IMG/VR virus record: IMGVR_UViG_2713896798_000008
Length of the DNA stretch: 64,000 nt
Source: a virus
Taxonomy: Duplodnaviria; Heunggongvirae; Uroviricota; Caudoviricetes
Direction: 5' to 3' (one strand)
In this document: in pieces, positions 62,705 to 64,000 of the stretch
Layout: each line of letters opens with the position of its first letter
How positions within the stretch are numbered: position 1 is the first letter of the stretch
Made by a program: the position numbers and the translations under genes
The notes under the pieces: generated by a model
The model's database searches: none
What the model was told of the DNA's origin: nothing
The model's input: the letters and a program-made list of their open reading frames with translations, nothing else

Positions 62705-64000
62705 ATGAGAGAAGTTGAAATGAAATATCCGACAGGCGTGGAAAACCATGGAGGGAAATTACGTATCTGGTTTGTTTATAAAGACATAAGAGTCAGGGAA
62801 AATCTGGGGGTTCCTGACACAGCAAAAAACAGGCGCGTTGCAGGTGAACTACGCTCCTCTGTTTGTTACGCAATAAAAACTGGTGTTTTCGACTATGCAA
62901 AACAGTTTCCCTCCTCACGCAATCTGGAAAAATTTGGTGAGGCCCGACAAGATTTAACCATAAAAGAACTGGCTGAAAAATTTCTGGCACTGAAAGAAAC
63001 TGAAGTCGCCAAAACATCACTCAACACATACCGTGCCGTCATCAAAAATATCCTGAGCATAATCGGTGAAAAAAATCTTGCCTCATCGATTAATAAAGAA
63101 AAATTACTGGAGGTTCGTAAAGAGTTACTGACTGGATACCAGATCCCCAAAAGTAACTATATTGTTACACAACCAGGGAGATCGGCTGTAACTGTAAATA
63201 ATTACATGACAAATCTTAACGCCGTGTTCCAGTTTGGTGTTGATAACGGTTACCTGGCAGATAATCCGTTTAAGGGGATCTCGCCATTAAAGGAATCAAG
63301 AACCATTCCGGATCCTCTTTCGCGGGAAGAATTTATCCGTCTTATCGATGCGTGCAGAAATCAGCAAGCAAAAAATTTATGGTGTGTTTCTGTTTATACT
63401 GGAGTTCGCCCTGGTGAGCTGTGTGCACTTGGATGGGAGGACATAGATCTGAAAAATGGAACAATGATGATCAGGAGAAATTTAGCAAAAGACCGTTTCA
63501 CGGTACCAAAAACACAGGCGGGAACCAATCGGGTCATTCATCTTATTAAGCCAGCAATCGACGCTCTCCGGAGTCAGATGACATTAACGAGACTGAGCAA
63601 AGAGCATATCATTGATGTTCACCTCAGAGAGTATGGCAGAACAGAAAAACAAAAATGCACCTTTGTTTTTCAACCTGAAGTGTCAGCGAGAGTAAAAAAT
63701 TATGGTGACCATTTTACCGTTGACTCAATAAGGCAGATGTGGGACGCAGCGATAAAACGTGCCGGACTCCGCCATCGAAAATCATATCAGTCGAGACATA
63801 CTTATGCCTGCTGGTCGCTGACAGCTGGTGCTAACCCGGCATTTATAGCAAACCAGATGGGCCATGCAGATGCGCAAATGGTATTTCAGGTATACGGAAA
63901 ATGGATGTCTGAAAACAATAATGCACAGGTAGCTTTGTTAAATACACAGTTAAGCGAGTTTGCCCCAACCATGCCCCATAACGAAGCAATGAAAAATTAA
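62705..64000 (+). CDS. Tyrosine integrase (lambda family), second copy
   Basis: 431-aa ORF ending with TAA at window end; about 95 percent identical to 34436-35731. Confidence 0.9.
   Translation: MREVEMKYPTGVENHGGKLRIWFVYKDIRVRENLGVPDTAKNRRVAGELRSSVCYAIKTGVFDYAKQFPSSRNLEKFGEARQDLTIKELAEKFLALKETEVAKTSLNTYRAVIKNILSIIGEKNLASSINKEKLLEVRKELLTGYQIPKSNYIVTQPGRSAVTVNNYMTNLNAVFQFGVDNGYLADNPFKGISPLKESRTIPDPLSREEFIRLIDACRNQQAKNLWCVSVYTGVRPGELCALGWEDIDLKNGTMMIRRNLAKDRFTVPKTQAGTNRVIHLIKPAIDALRSQMTLTRLSKEHIIDVHLREYGRTEKQKCTFVFQPEVSARVKNYGDHFTVDSIRQMWDAAIKRAGLRHRKSYQSRHTYACWSLTAGANPAFIANQMGHADAQMVFQVYGKWMSENNNAQVALLNTQLSEFAPTMPHNEAMKN

Larger units (their letters stand above)
61300..64000 (+). repeat. Direct repeat copy 2 (exo 3' half, xis, int), pairs with 33000-35731
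   Basis: See copy 1. Confidence 0.8.

Overview
The window reads as an Escherichia-type chromosomal segment occupied almost entirely by two lambdoid prophages lying in tandem in the same orientation, each ending on the right with a near-identical exonuclease-xis-int module. Prophage A (1 to about 35.7 kb) looks largely intact: lambda-like tail genes K-L-M-H-T-G-V-U-Z on the minus strand with the G-T frameshift site, a ClpP-protease/capsid fusion head module, portal, terminase, cos, a pinholin/SAR-endolysin/spanin lysis cassette, prophage sialate O-acetylesterase, two tRNAs, an orphan DNA methyltransferase, Q with pR'-tR', a nin region carrying RusA and a Doc/Fic-family toxin, O/DnaC-like replication genes with ori iterons, cro/cI with operators, and a pL operon carrying ydfA-DicF-dicB-ydfD. 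Prophage B (about 36.3 to 64 kb) is a Qin-like cryptic prophage: ydfK-pin-tfa-stf', a Nu1'-J' deletion junction with a lambda-type cos, cold-shock genes cspI/B/F, a second lysis cassette, Q, relBE-hokD, flxA split by two tandem IS66-family elements, an IS481-like transposase, an IS1 with 9-bp target duplications, a decayed nin-region copy, then exo-xis-int. No CRISPR array, rRNA or stx genes were seen. The most interesting candidates are small cargo genes at recombination hotspots: a Doc-family toxin module, a 186-aa gene wedged between holin and endolysin, mosaic RecE-N-like::DEDDh exonucleases, and a variant DicF sRNA. All homology calls are from reading the translations and from memory of family sequences, not from database searches.
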